This document shows, in pieces, positions 10,560 through 20,992 of a stretch of DNA of 64,000 bases. Made by a program: the position numbers and the translations under genes. The DNA lies in assembly GCA_965222155.1 (NCBI GenBank), contig CBDCTH010000012.1, forward strand, positions 1,024,001 through 1,088,000. The letters are read 5' to 3'. Numbering within the stretch: position 1 is the stretch's first letter; every line of letters begins with the position of its first letter. The DNA is from Gammaproteobacteria bacterium. Its GTDB lineage: Bacteria > Pseudomonadota > Gammaproteobacteria > Eutrophobiales > Eutrophobiaceae. The notes beneath the pieces are model-generated. The model made no database searches. It had not been told where the DNA came from and saw only the letters and a list, made by a program, of their open reading frames with translations.

Positions 10560-10636
10560 CGCAGTCCCGCCATTCCAGCGAAAGCTGGAATCCAGTAGAC
10601 TAACCTTCCTTTCCTGCTTGCGCAGGAATGACGGAC
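10560..10636. repeat. REP/REPIN-like palindromic element (GTCATTCC..GGAATCCAG family)
   Basis: GCCATTCCAGCGAAAGCTGGAATCCAG ... TTCCTGCTTGCGCAGGAATGACGG. Confidence 0.75.
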
Positions 10637-10680
10637 AGTATCAGGAGTCCGATCGTATAAACAGAAAAATACTGATTTCA

Positions 10681-13600
10681 ATGCCTGACACAAAGCACCG
10701 CACTGCAATCTCAAAATACCTGAGTTCCCTATCAGGCGAGCACCGCACCGGCAAAGCCACCGAGCACACTTACCGCCCGGCCCTGCAAGTCCTGCTGGAA
10801 GCCGCCCTGCCCGACGTGCGGGTTACCAACGAGCCGAAGCAGATAGCGTGCGGTGCGCCTGATTTTGTGTTGAGCCGCAATCAAATCCCACTCGGCTATA
10901 TTGAAGCCAAGGACATCGGCAAGAATCTGGACGACACGATCCACAAAGAACAACTGACACGCTACACCGAATCGCTGGATAATCTCATCTTTACCAACTA
11001 CCTGGAATTTCGCTTGATCCGCGCCGGCAAACTGGTATCGACGGTTGTCATCGGCGTGGTTGCCAACGGAAGCATCCAACGCAAGGCTGAAAACTTCGTC
11101 GCTTTTGCCGCTCTTCTCGATACGTTCATCGGCTACCAGGGGCAGACCGTCACCAGCGCCAACGACCTCGCCAAATATATGGCGCATAAGGCGCGCCTGC
11201 TGTCACAGGTCATTACACAAGCGTTACGACAGGATGAACAAGAGGCACAAACCGAAACGAAAAGCGTATTGCAGGGTCAATTGGGAGCGTTCAAGAAGTA
11301 CCTGATACACGACCTCGAAGCCCTAGCTTTCGCTGATGTCTATGCCCAAACGGTGGCTTACGGCATGTTCGCAGCGCGCCTGCACGACCCGACCCCGGAC
11401 ACCTTCACGCGCCGGGAAGCGGCCGAACTCATCCCCGCTACCAATCCGTTCCTGCGAAAGTTTTTCCAACACATTGCCGGTTATGAACTGGATGAACGGA
11501 TCCACTGGATCGTAGACAACCTCGCCGACATTTTCCGCGCCGCCGACGTTGGCGAGTTGATGAAGGGCTACGGCAAAGCCACCGCCCGCAACGACCCGTT
11601 CCTGCATTTTTACGAGACTTTCCTCAGAGAATACGACCCAAAATTACGTAAAAGTCGCGGTGTTTATTACACGCCCGAACCAGTGGTGAACTTCATCGTG
11701 CGGGCGGTGGATGACATTTTGCGCGACGAATTTAATCTGCCTCTCGGCCTCGCCGACACCAGCAAAACCACCATTGAGGTCGATGGGCAACCATCTCCCG
11801 ACAAACGTAAGAAAGGCAAAATCGAAAAGTACAAAAGGGAAGTCCACAAGGTGCAGATCCTTGACCCCGCCACCGGCACCGGTACCTTCCTCGCCGCCAT
11901 TGTGCAAGAGATTTATAGCGGGTACTTTTCCAAACAGAAAGGGATATGGCCGGAGTATGTCAGGAAAGACCTGGTTCCCCGCCTCAACGGCTTTGAGGTG
12001 CTGATGGCTTCCTACGCGATGGCCCATACCAAACTGGAAATGGTGCTGCGCGACAGGGGCTGCGAACTCGGCAACGAGCGCCTGCGCATCTACCTGACCA
12101 ACTCGCTGGAAGAACACCATCCCGATACGGGCACCTTGTTCGCGCAATGGCTTTCCACCGAGGCGAATGAGGCAAATTTCATCAAGCGCGATACGCCGGT
12201 GATGGTGATCATCGGCAACCCGCCTTATAGCGGCGAATCGGCGAACAAGGGCGAATGGCTCGCCGACTTATTGAAAACCTACAAGCAGGAACCAGGCGGC
12301 GGCAAATTACAGGAGCGGAACGCCAAGTGGCTCAACGATGACTATGTGAAATTCATCCGCTACGGTCAACATTATATCGAGCGCACCGGCGAAGGCGTGC
12401 TAGCGTACATCAATCCCCACGGTTTTTTGGACAACCCTACATTTCGCGGCATGCGTTGGAGTTTATTACAGAGTTTCGACAAGATTTATATCATTGACTT
12501 GCACGGCAACAGCAAAAAGAAAGAAACCGCGCCGGACGGCTCGCCCGACAAGAATGTGTTTGATATTCAGCAAGGCGTTTCCATCAACCTGTTTGTCAAG
12601 ACCGGAAAGAAAGGAAAGAATGCACTGGCACAAGTGTTTCACCATGATTTGTACGGTGTGCGCGAAGGCAAATACCAGTTTCTATGGGGAAATAATCTTG
12701 CCGAAGTTGGCTTCGAGGAACTGCATCCGAGAGCGCCGCAGTATTTTTTCGTACCGAAAAACTACGGCTTGCAGACCGAGTATGAAAAAGGATTTCAACT
12801 GAATGACCTGTTCCCGGTGAATTCGGTAGGCATTGTCACGGCGCGTGATAATTTTACCATTCATCATACGCCGCAGAGTCTTAAGGCCACTATGATGGAA
12901 TTTCTCTCCATTGACGATGAAGCAGCTCGCGAAAAGTTCTCATTGGGAGAGGATGTCAGAGATTGGAAAGTCAGTCTGGCAAGACAGGATTTGGAAAAAA
13001 ATGTATTTGGTGAACATAACGACAAGATAGTACCCATTGACTATCGTCCTTTTGATATTCGATACACCTATTACACGGGAAACTCAAAAGGGTTTCACTG
13101 TATGCCGCGTGGGAAAGTCATGCGCCACTTTCTTCAGGGCGGGAATATGGGGCTGGTTGTTGCCCGTCAAACTACAGATGATGATTGGTCTGGGGTCCAA
13201 ATATCGGACCACATTATTGACAACCGTTACCACTTTACATACAGGGGTATTCCTTCACAATTTCCTCTCTACCTTTACCCCGATGCCAAACAACAAAACA
13301 TTGACGGGCAACAAAACCGCGTACCAAACCTGAATCAGGACATCGTTCAAACCATCACCAACCGCCTCGGCTTGCGCTCCGTGCCGGAAAGGGTTGACAA
13401 CGACGCCGACACCTTAGCCCCCATTGACTTGCTGGATTATATCTACTCGGTGTTGCACTCGCCCTCGTATCGGGAACGATACAAGGAATTCCTGAAAACA
13501 GATTTCCCCCGTGTGCCGTACCCCACCGACAAAAACTTATTTGGAAAACTGGTTAAACTCGGCGGTGAATTGCGCGCTCTGCACCTGATGGAAAGCCCGG

Positions 13601-13905
13601 CTTTGGCGCAACTGGTTACCGGCTATCCCGCCAGCGGCGACAACATCGTATCGCAGCTGCAATACCAGATCACCGACACTAAAAACCGCACCGGCAAAGT
13701 CAATATCAACCAGACACAATACTTTGAAGATGTGCCCGAAATTGCCTGGAACTTTTACATCGGCGGCTACCAGCCCGCACAAAAATGGCTGAAAGACCGC
13801 AAAGGCCGCACCCTTGACCATAACGACATCATGCACTACCAGAAAATTATTGTCGTCCTGGTTGAGTCCGACCGTATTATGCGGGAAATAGACAGTCGAA
13901 CTTAA
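10681..13905 (+). CDS. Single-chain Type IIG/ISP-like restriction-modification enzyme (nuclease + m6A MTase + specificity domain)
   Basis: PDF...YIEAK nuclease motif; GVYYTP, DPATGTGTF (motif I), GNPPY (motif IV); C-terminal DFPRVP and IGGYQPAQKWLKDRK. Confidence 0.9.
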   Translation: MPDTKHRTAISKYLSSLSGEHRTGKATEHTYRPALQVLLEAALPDVRVTNEPKQIACGAPDFVLSRNQIPLGYIEAKDIGKNLDDTIHKEQLTRYTESLDNLIFTNYLEFRLIRAGKLVSTVVIGVVANGSIQRKAENFVAFAALLDTFIGYQGQTVTSANDLAKYMAHKARLLSQVITQALRQDEQEAQTETKSVLQGQLGAFKKYLIHDLEALAFADVYAQTVAYGMFAARLHDPTPDTFTRREAAELIPATNPFLRKFFQHIAGYELDERIHWIVDNLADIFRAADVGELMKGYGKATARNDPFLHFYETFLREYDPKLRKSRGVYYTPEPVVNFIVRAVDDILRDEFNLPLGLADTSKTTIEVDGQPSPDKRKKGKIEKYKREVHKVQILDPATGTGTFLAAIVQEIYSGYFSKQKGIWPEYVRKDLVPRLNGFEVLMASYAMAHTKLEMVLRDRGCELGNERLRIYLTNSLEEHHPDTGTLFAQWLSTEANEANFIKRDTPVMVIIGNPPYSGESANKGEWLADLLKTYKQEPGGGKLQERNAKWLNDDYVKFIRYGQHYIERTGEGVLAYINPHGFLDNPTFRGMRWSLLQSFDKIYIIDLHGNSKKKETAPDGSPDKNVFDIQQGVSINLFVKTGKKGKNALAQVFHHDLYGVREGKYQFLWGNNLAEVGFEELHPRAPQYFFVPKNYGLQTEYEKGFQLNDLFPVNSVGIVTARDNFTIHHTPQSLKATMMEFLSIDDEAAREKFSLGEDVRDWKVSLARQDLEKNVFGEHNDKIVPIDYRPFDIRYTYYTGNSKGFHCMPRGKVMRHFLQGGNMGLVVARQTTDDDWSGVQISDHIIDNRYHFTYRGIPSQFPLYLYPDAKQQNIDGQQNRVPNLNQDIVQTITNRLGLRSVPERVDNDADTLAPIDLLDYIYSVLHSPSYRERYKEFLKTDFPRVPYPTDKNLFGKLVKLGGELRALHLMESPALAQLVTGYPASGDNIVSQLQYQITDTKNRTGKVNINQTQYFEDVPEIAWNFYIGGYQPAQKWLKDRKGRTLDHNDIMHYQKIIVVLVESDRIMREIDSRT

Positions 13906-13957
13906 ATAATAGTGTCGTTACTGGGGGTACCTCACACAGTTTTAGTTACAGCCTCAA

Positions 13958-13984
13958 AGTGGACCTAATTCAGGGGAAGTGTCA
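13958..13984. mobile_element. IS3-family terminal inverted repeat remnant
   Basis: Minus strand TGACACTTCCCCTGAATTAGGTCCAC resembles IS3 ends and truncates the adjacent gene stub. Confidence 0.45.
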
Positions 13985-14036
13985 CTTTGACATAGCGGAT
14001 GATATCCTGCTGTTTCTGTTCTGTAAGCCTCGCCAT
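13985..14036 (-). pseudogene. N-terminal stub of a probable DNA methyltransferase
   Basis: MARLTEQKQQDIIRYVK after an AAGGA RBS; resembles the start of Type III Mod-like MTases; cut by the IS end. Confidence 0.4.
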
Positions 14037-14095
14037 TCAATTATCCTTTGTTCATCATTCTGGCTGTATATCCGGTATGCGAAGCTGAAATGAAA

Positions 14096-14152
14096 ACATA
14101 ACGCTCGGTTCAGCGGTGAGCGGAGCGAATTCGCTGCAACCACATGTTATAG
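14096..14152 (-). other. attC: Integron attC site (solo; no integrase in window)
   Basis: Minus strand CTATAAC-ATGTG-GTTGCAGC...GCTGAAC-CGAGC-GTTATGT: R''/R' boxes and L boxes with extrahelical G, 3 bp after a stop codon. Confidence 0.75.
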
Positions 14153-14155
14153 GCT

Positions 14156-14999
14156 TTATTCACTTGGCCACCTTTTTAATCTTTCTGCCACTCCATATAT
14201 ACTTTCCCACGATTCTCCCTTGGTATTCTCGTCAGTAGGTATTCCAGAAATATCAGGCACATCATCAGTCTCGTCTACATCGGTTCTGGCGACATGGGAT
14301 ACCAACATTTTTCCACCAAAACTATGACCACCTTCATGGATAGGAATAACCTGTCCTTCCCATCTATCTGACCCATTTCCATCAGAGCTGCTACCGTCCT
14401 CCCAATCAATGTAAGAGGCATCATCAGTAATCAAGTCCCTACTGTAATAGTGTGTCATATAAAGTGCCATTTTTCTGGCGCATAGATAGTCCTTTAAGTA
14501 TTGAGCTCTTATCTCTAATAGTGTTGGCTCATTACTTTCAGTAACTTTTTGCCTCGCAACTTCGATATAGCCATCCTGTGGGCATACCCAAGAATTTCCT
14601 TCTCGCTTTAAATCAAGCGCTAAAACTAAATCCTGATTTAGGTGCCAAATGTGAGGATCATCATCATCATAAGACATTTGTTTGAGTACAAGATGAACGC
14701 CTTCGAACTCACCGTTGTAATCTTTATATATATCTGCCGGAATATAAGCCTCATCTTCAACATGTCCATAATGTTGATGACCTATCCCGATATCCATCCA
14801 GCCGAGTTTTTTTGCTGATTCTAAATAAATAGTAGGAACTGCTATTGAACCACTACCAAAGAAGTCTTCTTTCTTTATAGCCTGTATAGCCATATCTTCC
14901 AATGTGTTCATTGCGAGAGACAGCTCTCAATGGAATCCAAACAGATTTACTAAAATTCCTTCGGCGAATGTCCTGCATTTCAAACCAGTCTTGGTTCAT
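14156..14999 (-). pseudogene. AT-rich hypothetical gene, frameshifted near 14870-14880 and probably 3'-truncated (cassette-like)
   Basis: ATG at 14999 (MNQDWFEMQDIRRR) with AAGGA RBS; continues in the frame of ORF 14156..14911; ends at attC. Confidence 0.6.
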
Positions 15000-15059
15000 C
15001 TTATATCCTTCTCTATATTTGATTCTTGCGCTCTCCTAACCCGGATATCTCACAAATGA

Positions 15060-15294
15060 ATTGATTATGAATTCGGCTCCATGCATCTCATATGGGTGTT
15101 TTTAGCGATAGAATGTATTCTGGGAAATGTCGTACCATTTGCAGGTATAGCTGATGTTCCCAGACTGTTTGGCATCCTCAAGAACCCAGGTTTTACGACG
15201 TATATCATGTACCGCTTGTCGCTTCATATTTCAGGTCTCCTAATTGATAGCTGTATGATAATAAACCGTCTGGCAAAGCCTGTAGTTTCATACA
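15060..15294 (-). mobile_element. IS481-family remnant (left end plus transposase N-terminus with stop)
   Basis: TGT end at 15294; ATG 15227 MKRQAVHDIRRKTWVLEDAKQSGNISYTCKWYDISQNTFYR* (HTH). Confidence 0.6.
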
Positions 15295-16748
15295 CTTATG
15301 TCGTCTATAGCATCGACACTTTTCTTTTCAGTCTTGACGGGTTTTTCAATTGGTGGTGCAGGAAATTCGACAATCTCGCCATCAGTATCCGCGATCGCTC
15401 TTCGGCAGGCCTCAGCGTAACCTTTATCTTCAGAATGTTCATTAAGGTATCGGGTTGGTTCGAACATATCTGGCGTTCGAACCAATGCAATTCCAGTCCT
15501 CTTCGCTGCCGTTAGGCATTTTTCGGTGAAAATATTAGAGCGCTCTTCTGGTGCCACTAACCGGTAGCCGTTGCCAAACAATACCCCATTTGCAATTTCG
15601 TCGACTTCATCGCGGCTGAAGTCTTCATGCAAGTTACGTTCTAACTGGCTAAATTTAGCTATACCAATAGCCTTATTGTCGCGACCTTCCGCTTCACCAA
15701 TGAACCGTCCCTCAGGTGCGGAAAAGACCGCATCGAATTCGGACTCGCCGTTTTCAAAACCATCTGCATCGAAGCCCATCAGTTTTAGGCTCTCTAAAAT
15801 AGTATCTTCAAGTGGTGTACCTTTTTCGAATAGAAGCTGGCGGGGCCAACCTATGATCACTAGTTCTTGTTGAAGTGTGTTTTTAGTCTCTTCGAGATGA
15901 GTTAGTTCTTCGGAAATATGGGTAATCTTGGCTTCAAGATGACCTTCGCTCGACAGACGATATAGGTCACTAGATGCCCAGTTCGGCGGCGGGGTTATGG
16001 TCCTATTCGCGGATATCGCTTCTGCAAGCGAACTTATGGCCGCCACAAATCTCTTACCCGCCTGCAAACCGGCCTCCGTCCAGACGTATTGACCGTCATC
16101 ATCTTTCTCAACGAACTCAGTATTGCCGAAATCAACGGGTGGCAGAAAAAGAATCTCACCGCCATCCTTAGATCTCTTCATTGCGCCTACAACTCTACTA
16201 CCCACTTCTGATTCTAGTACGACCTCGGAAAACTCCCCCATGATTTCAGCGCGATAGGGCGAATAATCTGAAAACTCATCCCAATACGGCGCAATAACTG
16301 ACCCCGCCTTGGTAGTTTTTATCCTCGTACCCGTCTTCGTCGAGTATGAATCTATGGTCGGTAACATATCGTAAGAACTTATGTTTGTAACCTCATCAGT
16401 AACTTTCTGGTTCCGGCCCGTGCCAGTGGTTTGTTTTTCACCGGTATACCGAAAACATTCGACTGGTGCCGCCAAATAAACGACAACCAACTTTCCGGCG
16501 TTGACCGCTGTGACGATTTCGCTCTTCCAATGACGTGTTTGCTCTGCCGCTGCAAATGAACCGTGCTCCGAAAGACAACTCTTACCTCGGAACAAACTAT
16601 TGTCGTAGTCGTACCAACCTCTTTTCAGAGTAGGAGTAAATAAAATAATGTCAGCGTCCAACAATGTTCGATTAGAATGAATATCTATTTCGAGAATATC
16701 TTCCCCAGGCACTTCCGTATTGACCGAGAAGATTGTTTTATTTGTCAC
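15288..16748 (-). CDS. Hypothetical protein with central coiled coil and C-terminal PD-(D/E)XK-like motif; defence-island candidate
   Basis: 486-aa ORF; LE..I...L..MGF...EFD.VF....RFIGEAEG. Confidence 0.7.
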   Translation of the reverse strand: MTNKTIFSVNTEVPGEDILEIDIHSNRTLLDADIILFTPTLKRGWYDYDNSLFRGKSCLSEHGSFAAAEQTRHWKSEIVTAVNAGKLVVVYLAAPVECFRYTGEKQTTGTGRNQKVTDEVTNISSYDMLPTIDSYSTKTGTRIKTTKAGSVIAPYWDEFSDYSPYRAEIMGEFSEVVLESEVGSRVVGAMKRSKDGGEILFLPPVDFGNTEFVEKDDDGQYVWTEAGLQAGKRFVAAISSLAEAISANRTITPPPNWASSDLYRLSSEGHLEAKITHISEELTHLEETKNTLQQELVIIGWPRQLLFEKGTPLEDTILESLKLMGFDADGFENGESEFDAVFSAPEGRFIGEAEGRDNKAIGIAKFSQLERNLHEDFSRDEVDEIANGVLFGNGYRLVAPEERSNIFTEKCLTAAKRTGIALVRTPDMFEPTRYLNEHSEDKGYAEACRRAIADTDGEIVEFPAPPIEKPVKTEKKSVDAIDDISV

Positions 16749-16989
16749 TATAGTCTCCGAGATGAAGCTCTATTTCACATTGATAAACACTGTATGATCG
16801 CGTGCGACTGGGACTAATAAGTGCGGATTCCGGTTGATTTTTATCATTTTATCTTTCTAATGTGGTAGGTTAGATCATAACACTCAGGATGGTCCGATTC
16901 ATTCTCCACTTCACTCATCACTTTAGTCTATCCCAATATATAGGTTACAGATTATGTGGCGGAGAGGGGAGGGTTTCGGGCCCACAAGG

Positions 16990-17060
16990 AGCTACCAACA
17001 GTATAAGGAAGGTTTGTCCACTGGATTCCCGCTTGCGCGGGAATGGCGGGACTGCGATTT
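16990..17060. repeat. REP/REPIN-like element half
   Basis: TATAAGGAAGG...CTGGATTCCCGCTTGCGCGGGAATGGCGG. Confidence 0.7.
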
Positions 17061-17110
17061 CGTGGGCGTCTTTCAGAGTCTGTCCTCTATTTTCCTATAT
17101 CCGTCCCTGA

Positions 17111-17356
17111 CTATGAATTCATATCATCAAGAATATCTTTTACTGTGCGCGGGCTGAATTTACCCTGCTCTGCCTCTATTGCACCCTGTGCTACCTCGTA
17201 ACGTAATCGTTCTGTTTTGAGCAGGTAGAGAAGTTTTTCATTCTGGTCCATAAATCTGAGCGCCTCCCTGATAACTTCACTGGCATTATTATACATGCCT
17301 GAGGCAACTTTTGATTTAACCCGGGCCTCAAGTTCCGGTGTAAGAGAAATATGCAT
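17111..17356 (-). CDS. parD: ParD-like (CC2985 family) antitoxin, orphan
   Basis: MHISLTPELE..V..KVASG.YNNASEVIREALR; no ParE downstream, repeats instead. Confidence 0.85.
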   Translation of the reverse strand: MHISLTPELEARVKSKVASGMYNNASEVIREALRFMDQNEKLLYLLKTERLRYEVAQGAIEAEQGKFSPRTVKDILDDMNS

Positions 17357-17559
17357 AGCGTGAAATGTTACCTGACCATCAACCCGTATAAGCATGAACG
17401 AATAGACAAAGATTGTCAAAGTCTGTATCTACAGCGGAATGTGACTTTACTCATATTTCCGCTGATTCTTCGCTTTTGAACTCAATCCGACCGGGTAAAA
17501 TCAGTATCGCTATAAGGAAACAAAGCAGCGGCCGTCCAGGCTTGACGGGAATAGACTTG

Positions 17560-17620
17560 TGTAGACGTTATAAGGAAGGTTATTTGACTGGATTCTGGCA
17601 TTCGCCAGAATGACGACAGC
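17560..17620. repeat. REP/REPIN-like element half
   Basis: TATAAGGAAGG...CTGGATTCTGGCATTCGCCAGAATGACG. Confidence 0.7.
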
Positions 17621-17733
17621 GCGGGAAAATGTGGTCTGTCCCTGAATGATCTATTGGAAAAAACTGGTGTTTGACAAAAGCTCGCCCCTCGCGTATGGTT
17701 GACAAAAAGGAAACTCAGTAAAGAGGGAGCAGT

Positions 17734-18039
17734 GTGCATGTTATATCCAGGAAGCTTTTTTATGCTGCTGCAAACAGATATCCGAATGATGCAGCGGCCA
17801 TTGAAAGAACGTATAAGGTTCTGCGCAAGGGCGAGTTCAAACGTCCGGATGATTTGAAGAAGGTGTTTCCATCACTGGATAACTTTAAGCATAGGGACAG
17901 ATGGTGGGTCATTGATATAGGTGGCAACAACTTGCGTTTGATTGCCTTTATTGAGTTCAAAGATAATCGTATGTATGTTAAACACATTGTAAATCATACC
18001 GAATATATCAAGCTTTCCAGACGCTACGCAAAAAGGTGA
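17734..18039 (+). CDS. higB: HigB family toxin
   Basis: MHVISRK...FPSLD.FK....WVIDIGGNNLRLIA.I.F. Confidence 0.88.
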   Translation: MHVISRKLFYAAANRYPNDAAAIERTYKVLRKGEFKRPDDLKKVFPSLDNFKHRDRWWVIDIGGNNLRLIAFIEFKDNRMYVKHIVNHTEYIKLSRRYAKR

Positions 18040-18045
18040 GTTAAT

Positions 18046-18459
18046 ATGGTATTTGCAGCCATTAAAGAACAGGCTTGTGAGCTCTTCAATCAAGCGCCAT
18101 TTATCAGCCACATAAGCAACGAGGCTGATTATGCGCAGGCTTTGGCTCTTATGGATGAGTTGATGGAGGATTACGATAACCAGAAACCACTTATTGACAT
18201 GCTTTCTGCTTCTATCGCTCGATGGGAGGATACATCTCCCGAGTTTAAATCATTCAATGACCGTATTGAAAAACTCGACGGTGGTATAACAACGCTGAGA
18301 GTCATTATGGAACAACATAAACTCGGGGTAGCCGACCTGCCGGAGATTGGGAGTAAATCACTGGTATCCAGAATATTAAGCGGTGAGCGCAGGCTGACGC
18401 GTAATCATATTGAAGTATTAAGTAAACGATTCAATATAAGTCCGGCCCTGTTTTTTTAG
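18046..18459 (+). CDS. higA: HigA family antitoxin (C-terminal HTH)
   Basis: DLPEIGSKSLVSRILSGERRLT..HI..LS.RF. Confidence 0.9.
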   Translation: MVFAAIKEQACELFNQAPFISHISNEADYAQALALMDELMEDYDNQKPLIDMLSASIARWEDTSPEFKSFNDRIEKLDGGITTLRVIMEQHKLGVADLPEIGSKSLVSRILSGERRLTRNHIEVLSKRFNISPALFF

Positions 18460-18507
18460 CTGGATTGGACGAAAATCCTATTTTACGGGGGGAGTTCAGG
18501 CATCGAA

Positions 18508-20832
18508 TTATTCAGGCGTAACGAATACCGGACTCGACCAGGCTGTCGCCCCATCTTCCTGTAACACGCGCACCCAGTATGCCGTTGTTTTACTTTGCAG
18601 TTGCTCATCCGTCCAGGTAAACGTGACTCTTGCAGGATAATCACTTCCCGTTTTTCTGACAACGATCTCCCGGTCAACGCCGCCGGCGTCATAGACCAGG
18701 TCCCGTTCGCTTATTTCCGTTAACGGTATCTCCAGGTTGACGGCATTTTTTTTCTTGCCGCCAGCGCCGAATTGACTTCTTGCGTTAATCGCTGCATCAA
18801 AATATAGCGTTCCATCACCCATGGAATCCAGGTCAAGGATCACGCCATCTTCGTCTCCTGCCGTAAAGGTATTGAAACTGATTGTATCGTCACTTTCCTG
18901 CATGAGTAATTCGGAGGGATAATCGAGCCGGTATCGTGTGATCTTCTTGATACCAGTTCCGTCAACCTGTATTCTCCCTCGCCAGATGGTCTGTCTTGCC
19001 CTTTCCCTTGAGGCCGCGCCACGCCAGATGATTTTAATCCTGTCCTTGTTTTTTCCAGCTTTCGGTCTGTGGGTATACGCGACCTCCGTACCGCGAAAAA
19101 TCTCTATGCGCTCGATACCTGCCGTGCCGCTGGCTTCCACGGTAAAAACGGGAGGTTCTGTCCCATGAATCTCTTCCCCGAGCCAGTGATCGCCGGTTTT
19201 AAATCGCAACTGCATACGTTCGCCGGTCGTGCCGTAGACGCGCCGGGCCTTGAATGCCCGCCACAGGTCTTGCCGGTTCAGGGCCTCTGCATAAACGCAC
19301 GTTATGCCGCCATGTACTGCAAACAGTCTGACACCGGGGATAGAGTCGCCCGGTTTTCCATAGACATCATCACTGCTGGCAGTAAACCCGACTTTTAATC
19401 CACGTGTTAATGCTTCTTCAAGAAACCATTCAAACTGACCATGGTCGGAATAGATCTCGATGAACGGCATCATGTCAGGATCATAAAAATCAAGATTGGC
19501 CCGGCGCCCGCCGATGTGCGGCATAAGAAATACATTATCCGGTATGAGCGACTTGATTAATGAGTCGACCGTATAGCGGTCCGTCTGGTGATCGTAGCCC
19601 CGCAGGTCTTCTTCCACATAAGCACTGCGGTACAGCGGCTGGTTTTCCGTCAGATAGATGACATTATGGTCCCCGCCCCGTCCTGTGGTCCCCGACCATT
19701 CATAACCGGGAAATACGACAAAGCGGCCGGGTTGATTGAACTCCTTGCTGGTTTTCTGGATACCATCCCAGGTTGCGCCGGTGATGTGGAAATCATTGAC
19801 GGCCCAGGACATGAAGTCGATCCCTGCAAAGCCGCGGGCATAGGAGGCATATTGATTGAGGTTGGACGAACCGCGAATATGCTGGCCATGCAAATCACCG
19901 CAATAGGGCCGGAGGCCGCCGTCTTTTTTAACTGTCATTACGTTGGTTCGGGTAGCCAGCTTGCTATTTCCGGTGTCTGAAATTCCGATTACATATTCAC
20001 CGGTTTCCGGAACGATGATATCTTCAAAGCGGTGATATCCCTTGTCATTTTCCGTAAAGCTATAAGTGGCCGGGAGGTTTCTGAATCCCGGGGCGGTAAT
20101 CCGGATGGTTCCGTTGTACGATTTCGCCGGATTGCCCCACTTATCCTTGGCTTTTACCAGCAACCAGGTTTGTTTCCCGGCGGTGGCTTCAGATGGCCAC
20201 AGGGCCTGTAACCTGACGGTTTCTCCACCGACGATATTGGTACTGGGAGAATCGTCCACCCGAACAGGATTGACCGCGTTCAGCGGATCCACCATAAAAC
20301 GGAACTCATGAGCAAGGTGTGAAGTGACAGTAGGCGCACGTATGCCGGGGCCACCGCCACTTCGATCGCCGAGCGTGATAAAAACTTTATTTCCCTCTAT
20401 CAGGTTCCCTTCCCGGACAGTGATTACAATTCCGCCCCAGTAGGGTCTGGGGCCTGCGTGGCGTGAATTTCTATGGGCAAAGACCCTGGCATTCCCATTC
20501 GTGCGTACAGACACATACCCGGCGGCCCCGGGATCATCGAATTGAAACGAACCCCAGTCCGCTACAGCATTAAACAGCAGGAAGATACGTCCGCCGTCAT
20601 CCACGCCGAGGCGTCCGATATGATAAACAAGCTCCCAGGTGCCCCATTCCCCGGCCTCGATATTTTCCTGTACCGGCAGGCTGCCATATCCGTACAGGTC
20701 CCGATTAAGTTCCTTTCCCTGTGGACCCAGGTCGAGTTCAAACTCTTCAGTCGTCGAATTTCCCGGGATGATTTCTGCATGCAGCAAAGCGGGCAGGGCG
20801 ACCAATAAAGTCAACAAGATTTTAACTGGCAT
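18508..20832 (-). CDS. Exported DUF3604/PHP-like metallohydrolase
   Basis: Signal peptide (MPVKILLTLLVALPALLHA); GDLHGQ, GYEWSG, GGDHNV, PHIGGR, SDD, RRVYGTTG motifs. Confidence 0.75.
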   Translation of the reverse strand: MPVKILLTLLVALPALLHAEIIPGNSTTEEFELDLGPQGKELNRDLYGYGSLPVQENIEAGEWGTWELVYHIGRLGVDDGGRIFLLFNAVADWGSFQFDDPGAAGYVSVRTNGNARVFAHRNSRHAGPRPYWGGIVITVREGNLIEGNKVFITLGDRSGGGPGIRAPTVTSHLAHEFRFMVDPLNAVNPVRVDDSPSTNIVGGETVRLQALWPSEATAGKQTWLLVKAKDKWGNPAKSYNGTIRITAPGFRNLPATYSFTENDKGYHRFEDIIVPETGEYVIGISDTGNSKLATRTNVMTVKKDGGLRPYCGDLHGQHIRGSSNLNQYASYARGFAGIDFMSWAVNDFHITGATWDGIQKTSKEFNQPGRFVVFPGYEWSGTTGRGGDHNVIYLTENQPLYRSAYVEEDLRGYDHQTDRYTVDSLIKSLIPDNVFLMPHIGGRRANLDFYDPDMMPFIEIYSDHGQFEWFLEEALTRGLKVGFTASSDDVYGKPGDSIPGVRLFAVHGGITCVYAEALNRQDLWRAFKARRVYGTTGERMQLRFKTGDHWLGEEIHGTEPPVFTVEASGTAGIERIEIFRGTEVAYTHRPKAGKNKDRIKIIWRGAASRERARQTIWRGRIQVDGTGIKKITRYRLDYPSELLMQESDDTISFNTFTAGDEDGVILDLDSMGDGTLYFDAAINARSQFGAGGKKKNAVNLEIPLTEISERDLVYDAGGVDREIVVRKTGSDYPARVTFTWTDEQLQSKTTAYWVRVLQEDGATAWSSPVFVTPE

Positions 20833-20992
20833 AATCCGGCCTACGCTGGTTGAGGAGGAACGATACATTCTACCCGTATAGGTTGTATCCAGCACAACAA
20901 TCAAATACAAATCTGGTTTCCGGTTTTGTGAGGGAATACAAATCAGCCTGGACTGTTGTAAACTCCAACTCCCGACCATATCAGGATCACTG

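Noticed and set aside
10498-10680. N-terminal extension of the R-M ORF
   Set aside because: Runs through REP-like repeats; ATG 10681 fits the family start better
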